Source of the DNA: Lama guanicoe
Lineage: Eukaryota
NCBI GenBank assembly: GCA_013239625.1
Contig: MU054908.1
Location: forward strand, 12,536,005 to 12,600,004
Length of the DNA stretch: 64,000 nt
Direction: 5' to 3'
The notes beneath the pieces are model-generated. The model had not been told where the DNA came from and did not search any database. It saw only the letters and a program-made list of their open reading frames with translations. Below are positions 1 through 13,704 of the stretch, piece by piece. Position 1 is the stretch's first letter; the number at the start of each line of letters is the position of its first letter. The position numbers and the translations under genes are program-made.

Positions 1-1194
1 CTTTTGATGTATATTAAAAAAATTAAAAGGAATATTCTTAGAAAGACATCTGTGCCTGGGGTGACTCACATTTGACCAATCCCTGTGAGTCGAGCTTTTC
101 AGGGGATGTGCAATTATTTGCTCAGTTCGGCTTAAACTTTTTATTTATCTAATCATCCCCCTGTAATGCTTTGATCTGAACTTCCAAGGCCTATTTTTCA
201 ACCACTTTAGTTACATATTTTAAGTCTTATGGTCTAATCAACACCAGCCCATAAAACATGCGATGTCCTGTTTAATGCATCCTATTAGGAAATCAGCTGC
301 CACATGGATTCTGAAATCTCCCACTTGGTGACTGGGTGAGCTATTTGGAAGTGCCATTAATGTCATTATTCTGGGAGAGCAGGAGAGAACCGGCAGCCAA
401 GTGTACCCTCTGCGCCTGGCTGGCTTCCCCTGCTAGCGCTTGCCGAGTGACTCAGAAGTGAATCACCGATTTCTGCAGGTGTATGCTCCCTAGCTCTGGA
501 AGCCTTCCACAGCCCAGCAGGGACAAATGTTTACTTCATTAGTTCATGGTGTTCCTCAGTAGATCCCACGAATTTAATTTGACTGTTCAATAGCTTAAAA
601 ATATACATATGTGTATGTCTATGTGTCTATGTATGTATTTTTGTGTATGTATTTATATTTCAGGAGTGCATGGCTATGTAGAAAGTGAAAAATAAAACCT
701 ATCACTGAATAATTAGAGAATGTGTTCATCTGAAATCTTTGGAAAGAAAATAATTCCTATGTATGTCATTTTGCTTGAAAAACACATTCTTGGTAGTAGA
801 ATTCCTTCCTTTTCTCTCTGGTTGGTCCATGGAAGGAACTAGGGCCCATGAACACCTGGGAAAAGCAGACTCTTAACTCCTTCCTCGGCCTTGGAGCTTC
901 TTTATTTGAGTATCTTCAAACACTCTAGCCCATCAGAGACGTTTGAAAGAACACTCATTTTTCTGAGGAAACAAAATTGTAAATAAAATATAAAGACAAA
1001 TATACGTCTTGACTTGCTAATCGCTGAACAAACTTTACTTTTATATGGTAGCAGTACCTAATGAAGGCAACAGCCATCAATTAAATAAAGAAACAAGATT
1101 GAAGAAGATTGCAGTATAGCCACAATGCATGCATGTGCTAAAAATTGATGGTCATTCATCATGGTCAATGACACAATATAGTACACAGTGGTAA

Positions 1195-1445
1195 CAGTTA
1201 ACATTTGATTTCTTCCTATGCTCTAGCACCATTAAAGTGCTTTACATATACTGATTCTTTTAATTATCAGAACAACCCTGTAGCGTTGGTACTATCATTG
1301 TCTTCGTTTTACAGATGAGAAACTCTAGGCAGAGAAACGTTAAGTGACTTGCTTAAGGTCACACAAAGATGATAAATGATGAAGCCAGATTTTAAACCCA
1401 GCCAGACAGACCCCAGAGCCTGCATCATAAAACACCACGCTATTA
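1195..1445 (-). mobile_element. MIR SINE (ancient)
   Basis: Reverse-complement MIR core tttacagatgagaaactctaggcagagaaacgttaagtgacttgcttaaggtcacaca; boundaries approximate. Confidence 0.85.
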
Positions 1446-1583
1446 TAGCCTAATGACAGATTTTTTAAAAAACAAACACAGCAGAATCTGTTCATCCAAA
1501 TGAATCCTGCCCACTCCAAAGTAGTCACCTATTTACACTCTATACTTATTCCAAGCATTGCCATGGCTCAACAAATCTAGAAC

Positions 1584-1692
1584 TTTCTCTCTCTTTTTTA
1601 AAATTTTCTTTCTTTCTCTCTTTCTTTCTTTCTATCTTTCTTTCTTTCTTCCTTTCTTCCTTCCTTCCTTCCTTCCTTCCTTCCTTGCTTTT
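1584..1692. repeat. (TTTC)n/(TTCC)n polypyrimidine simple repeat
   Basis: Directly visible. Confidence 0.9.
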
Positions 1693-2259
1693 CCTCAGAG
1701 ACTAGGGTTTGTTATTCTAAATATCACCAGTAAAAGCTTTACTCACTGAGGCTGGATTTGATTTTTTGTAAAGTCAATAGTAATTCAGAACCGAAGTTGG
1801 TGAAAAGAGAAGGAATCAAGCTTGGTAATCGCTACACCTAAAGTTGTCTGTAAAGCTAATTTTCAAACAGGTTCTAAAATTCCAAGAATGTTTTGCGTGA
1901 TGGCAGCATCATTAAAATAAATGTATAGACTTGCCAAGGTCATTCTGGAGCACATTGGACAGAGAGCAGTGACACTGATGTGTCTGATACAGTGATTCAT
2001 TCTCTAAACATAAGGAACCACACTGTTAGGTCACAGCTCGATAGATGCTGTTTGGCCCCCTGACCTGGCAGGACACCTGTGACTCTTTTCTGTATCCAAA
2101 TGTATATAAGAGCAACATCTAAATATATACACATATAATTTTAAATGAAATATGAATTTATATATCTCTCCTATGTAAATATATATAGTCAAGATCCTGC
2201 CGAGAAAGAGATGGTGACTCAAAATGTGTAAATGAAGGAACAATTTACAGCATCAGGAA

Positions 2260-2531
2260 AAACTATGGAAATCTGAATAGAGTGTATTTAGTTTATAATA
2301 ATATAGAAGTATATAAATATAAATAATGTGTAATCGTGTTCATAGTGATGTATCCCTGTTGGTTCATCAGTTGTGACAACTGTACCATGCAAATGTAAGA
2401 TGTGAGTGATAAGGAATAATAAGAGTAAGAACAATACCCTGGGTGCAGCGTATATGGGAACTGGTTGTACTAGCCTCACAGTTTTTGTGTAGATCTGAAA
2501 CTATTTTAAAATAAGAATTTTATTTGAAAAA
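2260..2531 (+). mobile_element. L1MC-type LINE-1 3' end fragment
   Basis: ggttcatcagttgtgacaactgtacca...tatatgggaact...tagatctgaaactattttaaaataag resembles old L1MC 3' termini. Confidence 0.75.
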
Positions 2532-3564
2532 TGAAAGTCTAGTGCTAATTCTTTACTCAGAGAAGAACGAGGTGGAGGAGGAGGGAGAGGAGGGGCAGGG
2601 GAAGACGTCTGCGTCTTCGTGCTTCCTTCACGACTCGTGCTGTGGGGCTGCCCAGCCAGCAGAGTGGCGGGCAGGAGGGCTTGCCGCTTCCTGACTGGGC
2701 GCCTTACGCGAACTACACAAATGTGTCATCTTATGATGTGAAGTGTTATGTTAGATGACTGAACTTTAAGTTTTCTGAGGCCGTGGGGCACCAAATGGTA
2801 ATCATTTAATGCGAAGGACATCAGTAATATTTCTCTTAAAAAATCAACTCCCCTTCCCTTAAAAAAATGCAAAAAAAAAAAAAGGTGACATACCCAGTAA
2901 AAATAAAATGAGGCACTTGAGTCAGTATCATAGCAATAAAAAGTTAACATTATATCTGATTTTAACAATAGAAATAAATTCTATTCCGAAAGCTCCGTCC
3001 TTTGGCATGGTGGGCTGTGTCTTGGTGTGAATGGTGTGCGCTGTGGAGGTGCAGCCCTGGCAGTGAGCCTCCATCTGTTCCAGTGTAGGAGATCTTGTCT
3101 TTTCTCCCAGAAACACCAGTGAGGAGGGAAGAGAGGCAGTGGGGTGGAGTGAGATGTGTGAGCACTTTGCAGCCTGCAGAACTGCGTTTGGATCTGCCTC
3201 CACCCTTGGCTGCCATGTATCCTTGGATGTCCCTGAATGTCTGTTTTCTCAGAAATAGGGATGTGAACCAGAGAAGATGCCTATGAACTGTCTGATACAT
3301 GATGAGAAGTCACCAGATGGGAGTTATTACTGGAAGCTACAGACGTGGCCTCTTGTACGAGGCCAGGAGTGACAGCATTTTTCTTTCCATGGCCACTTAT
3401 TTGCCATAGAGGAACTTGCGGCACGTTTCAGTTGGGTATTTAGCATTTCATTTTTCTGTGGCTTCTTCCTCTTACTAGGCTGAATCTGAGGATCCTTTGA
3501 ATCGCATACAGCTGTTTAGAAGAGGTGCACAAGGAGTATACTAGGCAATATTTGTTTTTTTTTT

Positions 3565-3669
3565 AAATACAGAACGCTTCATGAATTTGCTTGTCATCCT
3601 TGAGCAGGGGCCATGCTAATCACCTCTGTATTGTTCCAATTTTAGTATATGTCCCGCCAAAGTGAGCAC
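3565..3669 (-). pseudogene. U6 snRNA retropseudogene with short poly(A) tail and TSDs
   Basis: Reverse complement GTGCTCACTTTGGCGGGACATATACTAAAATTGGAACAATACAGAGGTGATTAGCATGGCCCCTGCTCAAGGATGACAAGCAAATTCATGAAGCGTTCTGTATTT aligns end to end with U6 at about 12 differences in 105 nt. T-run at 3555-3564; TSD caatatttgtt (3546-3556) / caacatttgtt (3670-3680). The ACAGAGA box is mutated to ACAGAGG. Confidence 0.96.
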
Positions 3670-3798
3670 CAACATTTGTTCAGTGAGCGAATCAACCAAC
3701 TTTTTGAAGGTCCTTCCGTAGCACGTGAACACATGAATGCAGACATATGCGTGTATATGCATGTGTGCACAGACAGACCAGCATCCCCGGCGTCCTTC

Positions 3799-3822
3799 CA
3801 CACACACACACACACACACACA
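3799..3822. repeat. (CA)12 microsatellite
   Basis: Directly visible; preceded by an alternating purine/pyrimidine-rich stretch from ~3720. Confidence 0.95.
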
Positions 3823-4474
3823 GGCAGCTCAAAAGACACCTCCCTGTGAAAGCAACACAGGCGTATGCCTGACTTAGGGAGCTGAGCCTCAAGTCCTATG
3901 GATTTCAAACGGTTCTTTGCACTAACTTAAATCACTTTTTAAAATGTGTGAGTGAATGGATGCTCTGAAATTGGATATTAAAGCATTCTACAAAAAAGTG
4001 CCAAAGAATAGCTCCATCTATTCATGAACAAATTTCCAACATTAAGTAGGCTTTTGAAGTTTTAGGGGAACATTGTTTCCAGTGCCTCCTTCAAACATGA
4101 AAGCAAAGATGTGCCAAATTCTGAAGTACTCTTCCTCCTTCTACTAATGGGAATTCAGTTCTGTCAAGATAATGCTATTCTAATTGCTCACCAAAAATAA
4201 TGGCCACATCCTATTTATGATTAGTTCTTTGGAATTCTAAAGAGTCCGTTCTAAAATATTAGGCTCACATTACATTTCCCAGCACTGACTTGATCAGCAT
4301 TTTTCTTTTTTCACTTTTGAAACATTTTCTCTGGGTGTGACAAGGATATACATGGTGAAATGTGTCTCCAACCCACCTCTAATGCCCAGAAAATTCACCC
4401 AAAGGCATGTATGTGAAACACCAAGGACACAGAACTGTAGAGTTTAAAAGAAAGAACAAAAGCAAAGACCACTG

Positions 4475-4660
4475 ACTTTGCAACCTACACCTGACTTCAC
4501 TGCTTACAAGCTGTGTTACCTTGAGAAAGTTATTAATTTCTCTGTCTTATTTCCTCAATAGTAAAATGTCAGGGAAAATACCCACCTCCCACGGGGTCAT
4601 TAAGTGTTTTAAATGAGATAATAGATAGAAAGTATCTGGCACAGAGTTGGAACAGTAGGA
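4475..4660 (+). mobile_element. MIR SINE
   Basis: agctgtgttaccttgagaaagttattaatttctctgtcttatttcctcaatagtaaaatg...aaatgagataat. Confidence 0.8.
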
Positions 4661-6244
4661 CATAAAAACTTTGGGTTTCAAAAATGGAGAATTAAAGACC
4701 AAAAAACGTTTATAAGAAAGAGCCTTTTCTACTCTGAAGAACCTAGTTTCCTGCAATGGGTGTTGAAGTCTGAGCTTCAGTGACCATTAACTTCCACCGT
4801 CTCCCTGAGTCCCCTGAGTCACGAGAGATGCAAGGTCTGAGAGTTTCATGGTGACCATCCAGCAGTGCCGAGATGCGGTGCAGAGCTGCGGTCTGCTCAG
4901 GAAGGTCCTCCCTGAAAATGGCATTCGCCAGGCTTTGACAGCCCAGAATTCCTGCATCAGCGATGTCCTTGCTCTGCGTCAGAGATATAACAGTACGCGT
5001 TACAATCGCAATCGTTTTCATGGTACATCTGCACCCACCGCCATCTGTGTTTACCTAGCACTGTGCCCAGCACAGAACAGGTCTGCACTAAAGGTTTGCT
5101 GAGGCAAGGAGCAACTAGAGAAACGAATGGAGGTACTCTCACTCCTGTTCCCTCGTTGTCATTCTCCATGCTTGGTTCTCCACCTGTCCCACCTGCCTCA
5201 TGCACGTCATCAGTCCTGTCTTCTACCTGTCTCTTGGCAACACTCCTCTCCTTCAGGAAGCCTCCCTTGATCTGTCATACCCCCAACTCCTGCCACAGGG
5301 TTTACTGCTTGATCTTTCTTCAGAGCTCAGAGTATGGTGTTTGGATAATGCTTTGCACCTGAGCTGTTCCATGTTTTTATTTATTATCTTCTTATCAACC
5401 CCTTGTAGGGCAGGAATTGTCTATAACAGCTTGAAAAAATTTTTTTCATGAGTTTTTAGTATATTTAGGTAGGAGCCAATAAGACAACAGGCTCTATTTA
5501 TACAAAGTAAAATTAAACCGTGGTTCTACCCTCAGAAAGTTCCCTTGGCAGGGAAGGTAAGACCTGAAGCTGCAGAGGAGGAAGTGAAGGGTGCTGAGAG
5601 ATGGATGTGGATGAAAGGATGACGGGAGGAAGGGACGTTTCCATCACATCTCTTGGATGTCATAATCAGGGCGGATTGCTGGAGGAGGTGCCATTTGAGT
5701 CAGGAAAAGTACTCCTGGCTGAGTAGAAAACACGTGCAAAGGCATGGAGGAGGGAGGGTGGCAGGTGTGTGTGGTGAATACGTGTATCACACTTTACAAT
5801 TTTCAAAGGGCTTCACACTCTTTCTCTCATTTTTTCTGTACAACAGCCGGTGAGGAGGTTGGGGCAGAGGTTCCCTGGCTACATCCACAGGGGTGCAGAG
5901 AGGCTAAGCCACTCGCCCAAACTGGCGTTGAACTAGGATCTGACTGTCAGAGGAAGTGAGGTCTGACTCCAGGTCCACAGATAAAACCTCTCTCTGTGGA
6001 TAGAGCAATGGCCCCAGTGGCAATCAGTCATTCCTGCTAATTGATGACCGATGGCTTGGATAGGGGCAAATGATGCACCCCTGGCTTCTGGGAGGCAGAA
6101 ATCCAAGAGGCTTGGTGTGTACCTGGAAGAACCCTGAAAACACTGGGGTGGACATGATCCCAGACACTCCTCTGGGCTCACTCTGAACAATGGATGACTA
6201 TGTGAGATGTATGACAGCACAGGGGAGGTGAGGCCTCGGAATAA

Positions 6245-6482
6245 TGATGGGGATCAGCATCACTGAGCCCTTACTCTGAGCGGGCGCTGCATTCTGTGTA
6301 TTACCTCGATTATCTCATCTGATCCTCACAACAAACCTGTGAAGTTGGTTCTCATCCCACCTTTAGAGGTTGGGGAAATCAAGGCCTCAAAAAATGAGGA
6401 AACATTTCTCAGGTTCTCAGCTGGTGAGGGGTGGAGTCAGGATTCAGACACAACAGTATCTGACTGCCCTCTTAACCACTGA
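6245..6482 (-). mobile_element. MIR SINE
   Basis: attatctcatctgatcctcacaacaaacctgtgaag...gtcaggattcagac. Confidence 0.75.
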
Positions 6483-6484
6483 GC

Positions 6485-6955
6485 CAGAGGTTTTTTGCCA
6501 CTTGTGTGCCATGGATCTCTTTGGCTATCTGAAAAAGCCCATGGACCTCCTCTGAGAAAAATCCTTTTAAATGGATAAAATAAGACAAGCAGTTTACAGC
6601 AAAAACCAATTATATGAAATTTTAATTACCAAAATACTAAAAAGCAAATATTGTATATAGCAGTATAACTGCTTTGTTGATTGGTTAAATGATAAGATTT
6701 GGTGGCAGGTTATGACTTGATGTCCTGCTGAATGTAAACGATATTCTGAGATAAAGCAACAACTGTAACAGAATATCTGCAATTTCTGCTGATGACAAAA
6801 TCAGAGATACCAAAATATGACTGTTTGTTCCACTCAAAACGGAAGAAAATGCTAAATTTCAGTTAAAAGCTGGTGAAAATTAAAAGGTAGTTGTTTCCAT
6901 TCCAGTTTATAAACTGCCTGAATCCTCTTCAGTAACCCTAGGCTAGGAACTCCAG
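6485..6955. mobile_element. hAT-Charlie non-autonomous DNA transposon (Charlie4-like)
   Basis: Start cagaggttttttgcc...gtgccatggatctctttggc...aagcccatggacctcctctgagaaaaat; end ggctaggaactccag, resembling CAGGGGTTCTTAACC terminal inverted repeats. Subfamily name is tentative. Confidence 0.7.
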
Positions 6956-7394
6956 GGCCAGCCTACGCTGTGCTCAGGATCTTGACGGGCAGAGTCCTTG
7001 CAGTCTCACTCCACTGCCTTGATTGGTGATGGGTGCTTTACAACAGGGAAGGAGTGACGCCTGGGGCGAGCAGGCCCCTCTCCAGGGGCAGGGAACTGTG
7101 CCGGTGTGGCTGGCTGGACTGGAAGTGGATCAGAGGGCTGCAAAGGTAAACACAGGAAAGAGATGGGGCCGAGGGAGGGGGCGTCTCAGTGATGGAAGGT
7201 GGATGGTGCAGGGGCAGGGGGAGGAAGGTCAGGGGCTCTACCCAGAATCCTTCACATCCGGAGTAGCTGTTCCCTGAGGGCGTGAGAGTTCAGAGGAGGT
7301 GAGCTGGAGAGCGGGGGAGAAGTGGGAGTCAGGACACTTTCCTTTCCCTCCTCTGTAGACAACATGGAAGGATAGGGATAGGAAGTAAGATCAA

Positions 7395-7590
7395 ATTGGC
7401 CCAATCCTGTTGTCCTCACTTTCCAGCCCTATGGTCTTAGGTCAGTGACATTCCCTCTCTGAGGTCCCATTGCCTTATCAGTATGGGAGGAACTGAACCA
7501 TTGAACTCACAGGCCATTTGAAGGGTTGACCCACTGATTAGCACTTCGAAGGGTTCCTGGCACATGGCTGCTGCTCAATAAAACTAGCTT
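7395..7590 (+). mobile_element. MIR SINE
   Basis: atggtcttagggtcagtgacattccctctctgagg...cctggcacatggctgctgctcaataaa. Confidence 0.7.
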
Positions 7591-10500
7591 GAACTGAGAT
7601 TGCTGTTTTTGAAGGTCAAGAATATTGGAATTGAGTGGTGTCATATGGTTCCAGTGGTAGTTCCTGGCAAACACGGGGAGCAGCTGTGAGCATACGCAGC
7701 TCCATTTGGTAGAATCAGCTGGATCTGGGATTGAAGGAATCCGATCACCTATACTCCCACTCCATCTCCTTTGGGGCGTGGGGTATTATTAACTACTTCC
7801 TTCCTCACCTTCATCCCATGATCCAGAGTAAATTCTGGAACGGGGTGCTGGGGCAGCATTCTCTCTGACATTCCAGGGAGTAGTAAATCACAAATCACAG
7901 TGTGGCACAGCGTGTGGACTCCTGTGACCTGTCAGCACATGAGACAGATGGAGGAGGAGAAAGGACTTTACATTCCTGGGACTAGCTCTCCTATTTTTCT
8001 GATATGAGCAAAAAAGCCCAGAGTAGGGAACTGGAAAACCTGTGGGCTGGACCTGGGTTCTAACCCATATACTGTACTTAACACTTAATTGCTTGTATGA
8101 GTTGGACCCATCACAGCCACCCTGAACTTCGGTCTCCTCGTCTCTAAGAAGAGGATATCAGACCAGAGCATCTCCAAGATCCCATCCATGAGTCACCTTG
8201 ACCGTGGAGACTTTGATTCGCTCCTCGGCTCTGCACTAGGATGCCGCATGTTCCTTGCAGGGCTCAGTTTAGGGATCCGCACAGCAGTGCAGCCATAACT
8301 CACCCAGTACAGTGCGGCTTAGGGAGCCCAAGTTTGGAGATGCATCGGCAGAACTGGGCAGATGTCTAGAGAGCCGTATGGAGGGGCCTTGCCATGAAGC
8401 AAAATGAGAGTCCATAGAAGCATCCGAGGTGAGGCAGAGGAATGACTATTTAGATTTTGGGGGTCTTTTGTGTGTTTGTTTTTTGTTTGTTTGTTTAAAC
8501 TATTTAGGTTTGTTTCACACTGTAGTCTTTTTAAGAGCTTATTTCATATTAAATTATAAGAACCTCATGGAAAAGTAATTACAAGCTTTTTTTTTTTTTT
8601 TTGTCAGCCCTTGGGGCACAGAAGCACTAAGGCTTACTACATCTAAAAATATCTTATTTTTCTACAGCTTGATTTAAACTGATGTAGGTGTGCTTGGCAT
8701 TTGACTTAGGGAGGTCGTGCCTTTTTTTCTTCTTCTAATAATACTGTTTGGCAGCTTTTCACTCTATCTTACCACCGATCTTTGCCAAAACTTGAATTTA
8801 CTTCCGTCAGATTAACTGTCTCCAAAAACAAACTGGCATTTCTTCTAAGGGCTCCGATTTAAAGGATAAGCTTGAGTGACACTCCCTTAAATGGCTGGAT
8901 GTTCTCACAGGGCTAGGAAATCAGAATTGGAAAAGGAGCAGGGCTGAATTTAGTCACACGGGTGTTTGGACGGTGAGAGGGGCTGCCGTTTCACTCCGCT
9001 GTGTTCACAACGAGTGAATTATGATTTTGAATACATACCTCCCCAAAAACTGTGAGAAAAAAAAATCCACTACTTTGTTCTAGGTCCCAACTCTCCAGCT
9101 CTTTGTTTGAAATATCACTTTCCATAATTTTACTGATCAAGTTATGTTAGCTTCCCTAGAGCACCAACGAAATAGAGGCCTCTTCGAGTTGCACAGCTGA
9201 ATGCATATGGAATTTGAATGAGTCAACCATGTATGGGCTAAAGAACTTTCTTTCTTTAACATTCCAGTAGACAGAGAGGGAGGTCCAGGAAGGACAGAAA
9301 AGCAAGAAGACATGAAGGAAACATTTGCTTGTTTTTCCCTCTCATGTCTATAATTTGATCCCTCAAGAATTAGAGTCAGGGTCAAACTAATTTTCCAAGC
9401 AAGTATGTTTCTTTTTGTTTGTTTATTATTATTATTTTAAAGGTACATATGTTAAGGGAAAAATACGGAGGAGATAGGAAAGAAAGAAACAGGGTTGCCA
9501 ATTTTCTTAACAGGTTACAAATTTGAATGACTAACAAACAAAAACTTCAAACAAAATAACATTTCAAGAATTGAGTTAAAATGTGGCCCTTGAACATTTC
9601 TCTCTCCCTCTCTTTCTTACAAGTCTGTCTCCCTCAAAGTAACAGTACCTTGAAGGAAAGAACTCTGTGAAAAACCTATGGAAAACTTTTGTTAGGTGTG
9701 AATACTATGCTAAATTCTCTAATCCTGTTCTGATACCAACCATCCAAAAATGGAGGACAAAATAACTATTATTGTTTTTGCTTTCTTCCCCCCTAACTTT
9801 TATTACTCAGCCTGAGAAGATGTAGGATCAGTAATTAATAGTTTTGATTAATTCTGAGAAAAAAAAAAACACTTTGCTTGGATTGCTATACATGCTTAAA
9901 CTTTTTTATTGCCCAAATCCAAATTTCTCTGAGTTAGAACCTATTTGGCTTATCCAACCATGGTTAGACTTTTATTTTATATTATCCATCATTTCGAATC
10001 CTGAAAATGAGACTGCTATTACTTCTCTGGACAAGTTATACTGAGCAGAAGTCGGAAATGAGTGGTCACTGGTCTCAAGCCTATTGAGTTACTAAGATTT
10101 CTTCTGTTCTCTCTCGAAGGAGGAACAGCAGGGCTACCTGTGGGCCGCTAGGTAACTCCTCAGGTGCCTTCAGTTATGGCAAAAATACCCGATCTAGAAT
10201 AGGATTGTTCATAAAGACCTGGGATAAACTGAAACGAATTAAAAAATATATCTTAGTTCCCACTGACACTCATTTCAGTAGAATCCCATTAGTTTATTAG
10301 ATTGACAGCCACTCATGACTAGAGCTGTTCTTGGGACTTCATACACATGTTTGTACTCAATCCTGGAAACAAGTGGTTGCCAGACTTCTTTGATCATGCA
10401 CCCTGAAAGTATCAATTTGGAACATGTACCTTAAAATATGCATATTCACTGACTTATTATACACCTTTACTGCACTACTACTGCATAAGACATTATGAAA

Positions 10501-11899
10501 TGTGCACAAAAATTGGAATTTTAAAAGAATCAGATGAATATGAAACAAACATTATTTTAAATAATTACTTTAGTTCTTAAAGGCATAATAATATTTTGCT
10601 ATCTAAAAATATTTATAGTAATGTCTTAATGCAAACAACATAACTGAACATGTTTCATGGTCCATGAAAAATCTTGACTTAGTTTATGTTTCAGAGGCTT
10701 GGCTCTAAGTTCACCTGATTTTTATGCTTGTTATTAATGGTGTCAAAGCTTAAGTAGATCATCATTGTCCTTAGCTCAGTGTGGCTATCAGTGAGCTCTG
10801 CTGGGGCAGGAGAAGTGTCAGCTTTGCCATTTCTTGTTCATCTGTATTCACATTATTAATATTAGTTTCAATATATGGTTTCATTGTAGGGATCTTTTAA
10901 AATCATTCATCAATTTTATGAGGGACACTGTGGTTAAAACTAGATAATGTGATCCACAATTCCCTTTAGCCGAGCATGTGAAAACTGCACTGCCTGACAG
11001 TGTGCCGAACGCCACCTAACAGGTGAGGGTGTCCAGGCAGCCCCCTGGGATGTGGTCTTTCTGTCAGGATCCCTCCTCAGCTGTGTGAGGCCTACGGCCG
11101 TCTGACACGTGGGACAAGCAATGGCCTCAGGGTCAAGCCACGCATCAAGAACTGAAGCCAGCATATATATAAGTCAGTTGTATATAAATAAATACATTGT
11201 ATATGAAATTATAATGCATGACACACACACATAGAGAATAAAAGTGCACCAATTTTTTTCTTCTTTCATTCACTAGGATGAGCATATCTGATTTTGGAGG
11301 CCACTTCTATAAAGATAAAATACACAATGTTATCTGTATTTTACTGATGAGGAAAATTAAGTTTCTGAGAGTCACAGTCAGTAATTTTCCCTTTTTCTGC
11401 AGCCTGTGTTTTCCCATAACTACCAGCAGAAAAGTAAAATAAAAACAATCAAGTAGTTTAGTCACCGCTGTTTTGTTTTATTTTTAAATCTCATTCTTTA
11501 AGACTCTTGCTTTGAGGGGAAATGTGTTTTCACTTGGTATGATTTGGGGGAAAAGCTTCTAAACCAATTACTAATAACAATCAGTAAAACTGAGTGGGAC
11601 CTACACTAGAAATCAGTTCAATGGTCCCTGATATGAAAATAATCAATGTTCCGTTATTTCTAATATCTGGGTTATTCTAACCATCCCTCCCTTTTTTTCC
11701 CTTCCCATCCATCAGTTCTGAATCCAGATCATCCTTCTCACTAGCATTTCTGCCAACCAGGGGTCAGTTTCATTATTGGCACAGACTCAGAATTTTCATG
11801 TCTACATGTAAATAAAGCAACTCCAGTGAAATTAAAGAATGATTTTAAATCTTTCTTGAAACTATGACTCAAACTCAAATTAGTTATTTTATATGAAAA

Positions 11900-12220
11900 T
11901 TTGTATATTATGAAAATAATATATACTTGGTATGCATAAAATTTGGAGAATATAGAAAAAGGAGAAGAAGGATTCCTCATAACTTTGTCATTCCTGGATA
12001 ATCAAAGTTAACATCTTGGTATATAATCTTCTAATATTTTCCTTATTTTTCTTTCACATAGTTGTAATCATATTGCACATGTAATTTTGTACCCTGCTTT
12101 TTTTTTTTTTGCTTTAACTAAATACAATAAGAATCATCCATGTTTACAAATTCTTGTTATAAGTATTTCCTAAGGGTAAGTTTCTGTGGAGGCAGAACAA
12201 TCCATCAGCTGGATGGCAGT
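11900..12220 (-). mobile_element. Old L1ME-type 3' fragment
   Basis: gttaacatcttggtatataatcttcta...atcatattgcacatgtaattttgtaccctgcttttt resembles antisense L1ME 3' UTR. Confidence 0.6.
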
Positions 12221-13704
12221 GCACTGTTACACGTACAGAAGTCCTTGAAGTAGGAAAGATAAACACAAGATTATGTAGAGAAGTATAGTCAACTGTGGTT
12301 TCCAACTATAATGGGAAATATGAATAGACTGAATAATTGAAATAAATTGCATCTTCCTTTCTTTTGGTGACTAATTTATCTTCTGAATTTTGGTAAGACT
12401 GGATGGTAGACATTTTGTATTGCCCAAACACTCATCTTCATATCAGAAAGGGAAGTAACCCAAGAATATAGTGACTGGCAGAGGAAAACTCTTTTTTAAA
12501 AAAATTACAGATAAGACATAAATATTATCTGTACTTTACACTATATTAAGTATTATATTAAAAATTAATAAAAGTTAATTATGTGTACAATATTTTAATA
12601 AATCATTTTTAAGTTGTGGTTTCTTACTGCTTCTGAAAGTATCAGTGTTGATTACTGACATGGAAGTTTAGCTGCTATTTTATTAATTTATTCCTGCTCC
12701 AGTGAAGATGATATTTAAAAAAGAAGGCTAATTTTACCTAATAATTTTTATTCCTTAAAGTAGTAAGTAATGTATATAATGGAAGAAGAAACAGAAAATT
12801 TTATGAAACTATTCTTGAATATAGGCTGCTACATGGAGAGTAACTGTGTAAGGAAATGAGATGATAATCAGCTGTGGAAAGAGTGGCTGCTACTATCACT
12901 TCTGTATTCTCATATGTGCCATTTTCTATAAGGGTGCTTGCTTTATGATAAGGAGATAATTATTTTAAATCACATAAAGGGATGAATTTAAGGAGTGTTT
13001 CCCTATATGTATATACATGTGTATGTATACTTTTATCTATTTTCTATATTTAATAACTATGAACCAAATTTGATTGCCTACATATATGAAAATAAAAATA
13101 ATAAAAACTCTTGGAAAATTTAGTCAGCTGGATCTATAGTTCCATTTAGACAAAAATGTTTGGATAATTCTACTGCATTTGTTTTAACTTTCCAGAAAAA
13201 AAAATGTTTTTAAATGGTTCTGGCTCTTGAATAAAACTGGTTCTCTGCCTTTCAACAACAGGATATATTAAGATCTAAGATTCTGTGTGGCTGCTAAGGT
13301 GTTTAAACCATTTCAGGCTCTGTACAGAGACACTTCAAGCGGTGGGAAAAAGTGAAGAATTTGATCTCCCAGGTGCTCATTTGGTGGATTTCTTTCCTTC
13401 CTCTCTCTCCCTTGCTTCTTTTCTCCCTTGTTTCCTTTCTTCCTCCCCTTCCCTTTTCCTTCCGTTTTTAACTGATTTCATGGAATTTCTTGAATGTTCC
13501 AGGGCCCTATAGTCAAACTACAGACAATCTATTTTGTTTATCCTTTTGTTCTCTGGAAATTTCTGTAACTGTACTTAACTTCCAAGATAAGCCCTTTGAA
13601 CTTTTCTCACTGAATCAGTAATAAAACAATCGCTTCTTAATCAAAATAACTTTTAAATCCCAGAAAGAATAGAGTCCTTGCTCCAGAATTAAAGAGAGAA
13701 GAAT

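Noticed and set aside
2540-2720. CpG island or promoter with a 7-bp hairpin (gaagacg-tctg-cgtcttc)
   Set aside because: Too short for an island; the hairpin size is within chance expectation
3565-3669. Functional U6 gene
   Set aside because: About 11% diverged, ACAGAGA box mutated, has an A-tail and TSD, no evident upstream promoter
4743-5102. Overlapping ORFs on both strands in a mildly CpG-rich stretch, with a partial CTCF-like motif
   Set aside because: No homology or convincing splice sites; the motif lacks the CC core
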